A stretch of 34,441 bases of DNA from Candidatus Scatosoma sp. (GTDB lineage Bacteria > Bacillota > Clostridia > Christensenellales > Borkfalkiaceae), in assembly GCA_045639305.1 (NCBI GenBank), contig JAZUCW010000083.1, positions 1 through 34,441 of the forward strand, given 5' to 3'. Shown piece after piece: positions 34,428-34,441 of this stretch. Numbering within the stretch: position 1 is the first letter of the stretch; every line of letters starts with the position of its first letter. The position numbers and the translations under genes are program-made. The notes under the pieces were generated by a model, which was given only the letters and a program-made list of their open reading frames with translations, made no database searches and was not told where the DNA came from.

Positions 34428-34441
34428 CTATTTTATTTTAT

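Overview
This 34.4-kb chromosomal segment comes from an endospore-forming Firmicutes/Clostridia-like bacterium, roughly 50-55% GC by hand counts. The taxon call rests on a GerA-type germinant receptor operon, YyaC, a SpoVB/YabM-like flippase and RicT, plus strong AGGAGG ribosome-binding sites and TTGACA/TATAAT promoters. Content is mostly housekeeping genes. Many have Bacillus subtilis orthologues that sit near oriC: gyrB-gyrA, yabM-yabN(mazG), holB-ricT, yabB-rsmI, rsmG and yyaC. Also present are dus, gap, tig-clpP-clpX, rplU-rpmA, rqcH, a preQ1-riboswitch-controlled queT, and an rlmI-like methyltransferase. A small accessory patch carries a rhamnose-mutarotase-like gene, a cytoplasmic GH29 fucosidase and two tandem exported PTP-like phosphatase lipoproteins. 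A standalone PF13444-type N-acyl amino acid synthase is also present. I saw no transposase, integrase, phage, CRISPR or recognisable defence genes. The observations most worth a second look are non-coding: (1) a 560-bp gene-free region between convergent genes with six perfect and five near-perfect DnaA boxes plus an AT-rich tract, and no dnaA nearby; (2) further DnaA boxes at the right window edge upstream of rsmG; (3) an unusually long, repeat-built gyrB-gyrA spacer; (4) a roughly 20-25-nt motif, TTTCATCTCGTACAYGGTAGCC, found five times and only in intergenic DNA. Other points are an L27 with an N-terminal propeptide but no prp gene between rplU and rpmA, two likely leaderless or near-leaderless transcripts, and a drop in GC over the last 1.7 kb. 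All calls come from reading the sequence and ORF translations. No database search was run.
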